Source: Eubacteriales bacterium
GTDB taxonomy: Bacteria; Bacillota; Clostridia; Oscillospirales; CAG-272
Assembly: GCA_045533315.1 (NCBI GenBank)
Contig: JAZSHN010000097.1
Location: 1 to 33,906, forward strand
Direction: 5' to 3'
DNA length: 33,906 nt
How positions within the stretch are numbered: position 1 is the first letter of the stretch; each line of letters starts with the position of its first letter. Positions 33,817-33,906 of this stretch are shown one piece after another. The notes below the pieces were generated by a model. That model searched no databases and was not told the origin of the DNA. It saw only the letters and a list, made by a program, of their open reading frames with translations. The position numbers were made by a program, and so were the translations under genes.

Positions 33817-33906
33817 GGCGCGGCAGGCATTATCATATACAATAACGTTTTCGGCTCGATTTCAATGACGGTTGGTAACAACCTCCAGATTCCCGTCGTT
33901 TCAATC
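33817..33906 (+). repeat. Artifactual exact 90-nt duplicate of 33643-33732
   Basis: ggcgcggcaggcattatcatatacaataacg...cccgtcgtttcaatc occurs identically on both sides of the adapter. This is the pattern expected from reading around a short-insert circular DNB template. Confidence 0.9.

Noticed and set aside
33552-33881. 109-aa minus-strand ORF with an internally duplicated peptide (LPTVIEIEPKTLLYMIMPAAP twice)
   Set aside because: It is created by the artifactual 90-nt duplication around the sequencing adapter and is antisense to the S8 peptidase.
1-33906. CRISPR arrays, tRNA/rRNA genes, transposases or integrases, diversity-generating retroelement (TR/VR + RT), and toxin-antitoxin or known defence genes
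   Set aside because: I found no spaced direct-repeat array, no cloverleaf-like or rRNA-like sequence, and no RT, integrase or transposase motif in any frame. The only repeats are coding-domain repeats, the 21-bp triplet, the promoter and hairpin duplicates, and the adapter artifact. This is a by-eye scan, so short or degenerate elements could have been missed.

Overview
The window looks like a metagenome-type contig from a Gram-positive, Clostridia-like organism. This is inferred from TTGACA-17-TGnTATAAT promoters, GGAGG ribosome-binding sites, lipoprotein lipoboxes, and abundant Listeria-Bacteroides (Flg_new) and BspA-type LRR repeats. All convincing genes except one are on the minus strand.

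- **Left ~5.4 kb, ordinary transport and regulation.** It holds a pair of half-size CHR (chromate-transporter family) genes, a KtrA/KtrB-type K+ uptake pair, and a small operon of a TetR regulator plus two membrane proteins. Each unit has a readable sigma-A promoter and a hairpin terminator.
- **5.65-31.2 kb, the unusual part.** This is a ~25.5 kb, same-strand, tightly packed cluster of eight ORFs (one gene is split by an in-frame stop). It encodes a Cys/His-repeat lipoprotein (607 aa) and a 2777-aa membrane-anchored Flg_new/Fn3/LRR/PPC-like giant. It also encodes a 3-TM Flg_new protein, two BatA_N + VWA membrane proteins, an LRR lipoprotein (918 aa), an Ig-like + orphan helical lipoprotein (1045 aa) and a Flg_new-repeat lipoprotein (~1026 aa). 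The Bat-like VWA module has no MoxR or DUF58 partner in this window. I cannot assign the cluster to any described system.
- **Right end.** A 0.86 kb divergent non-coding region is followed by an S8 subtilisin-like peptidase with a PA domain. That ORF is cut off by a complete MGI/BGI DNBSEQ adapter flanked by a 90-bp duplication, so the last ~174 nt of the window are an assembly artifact.

All domain calls are by-eye motif recognition, not HMM or database searches. I saw no tRNA, rRNA, CRISPR array, transposase or integrase.
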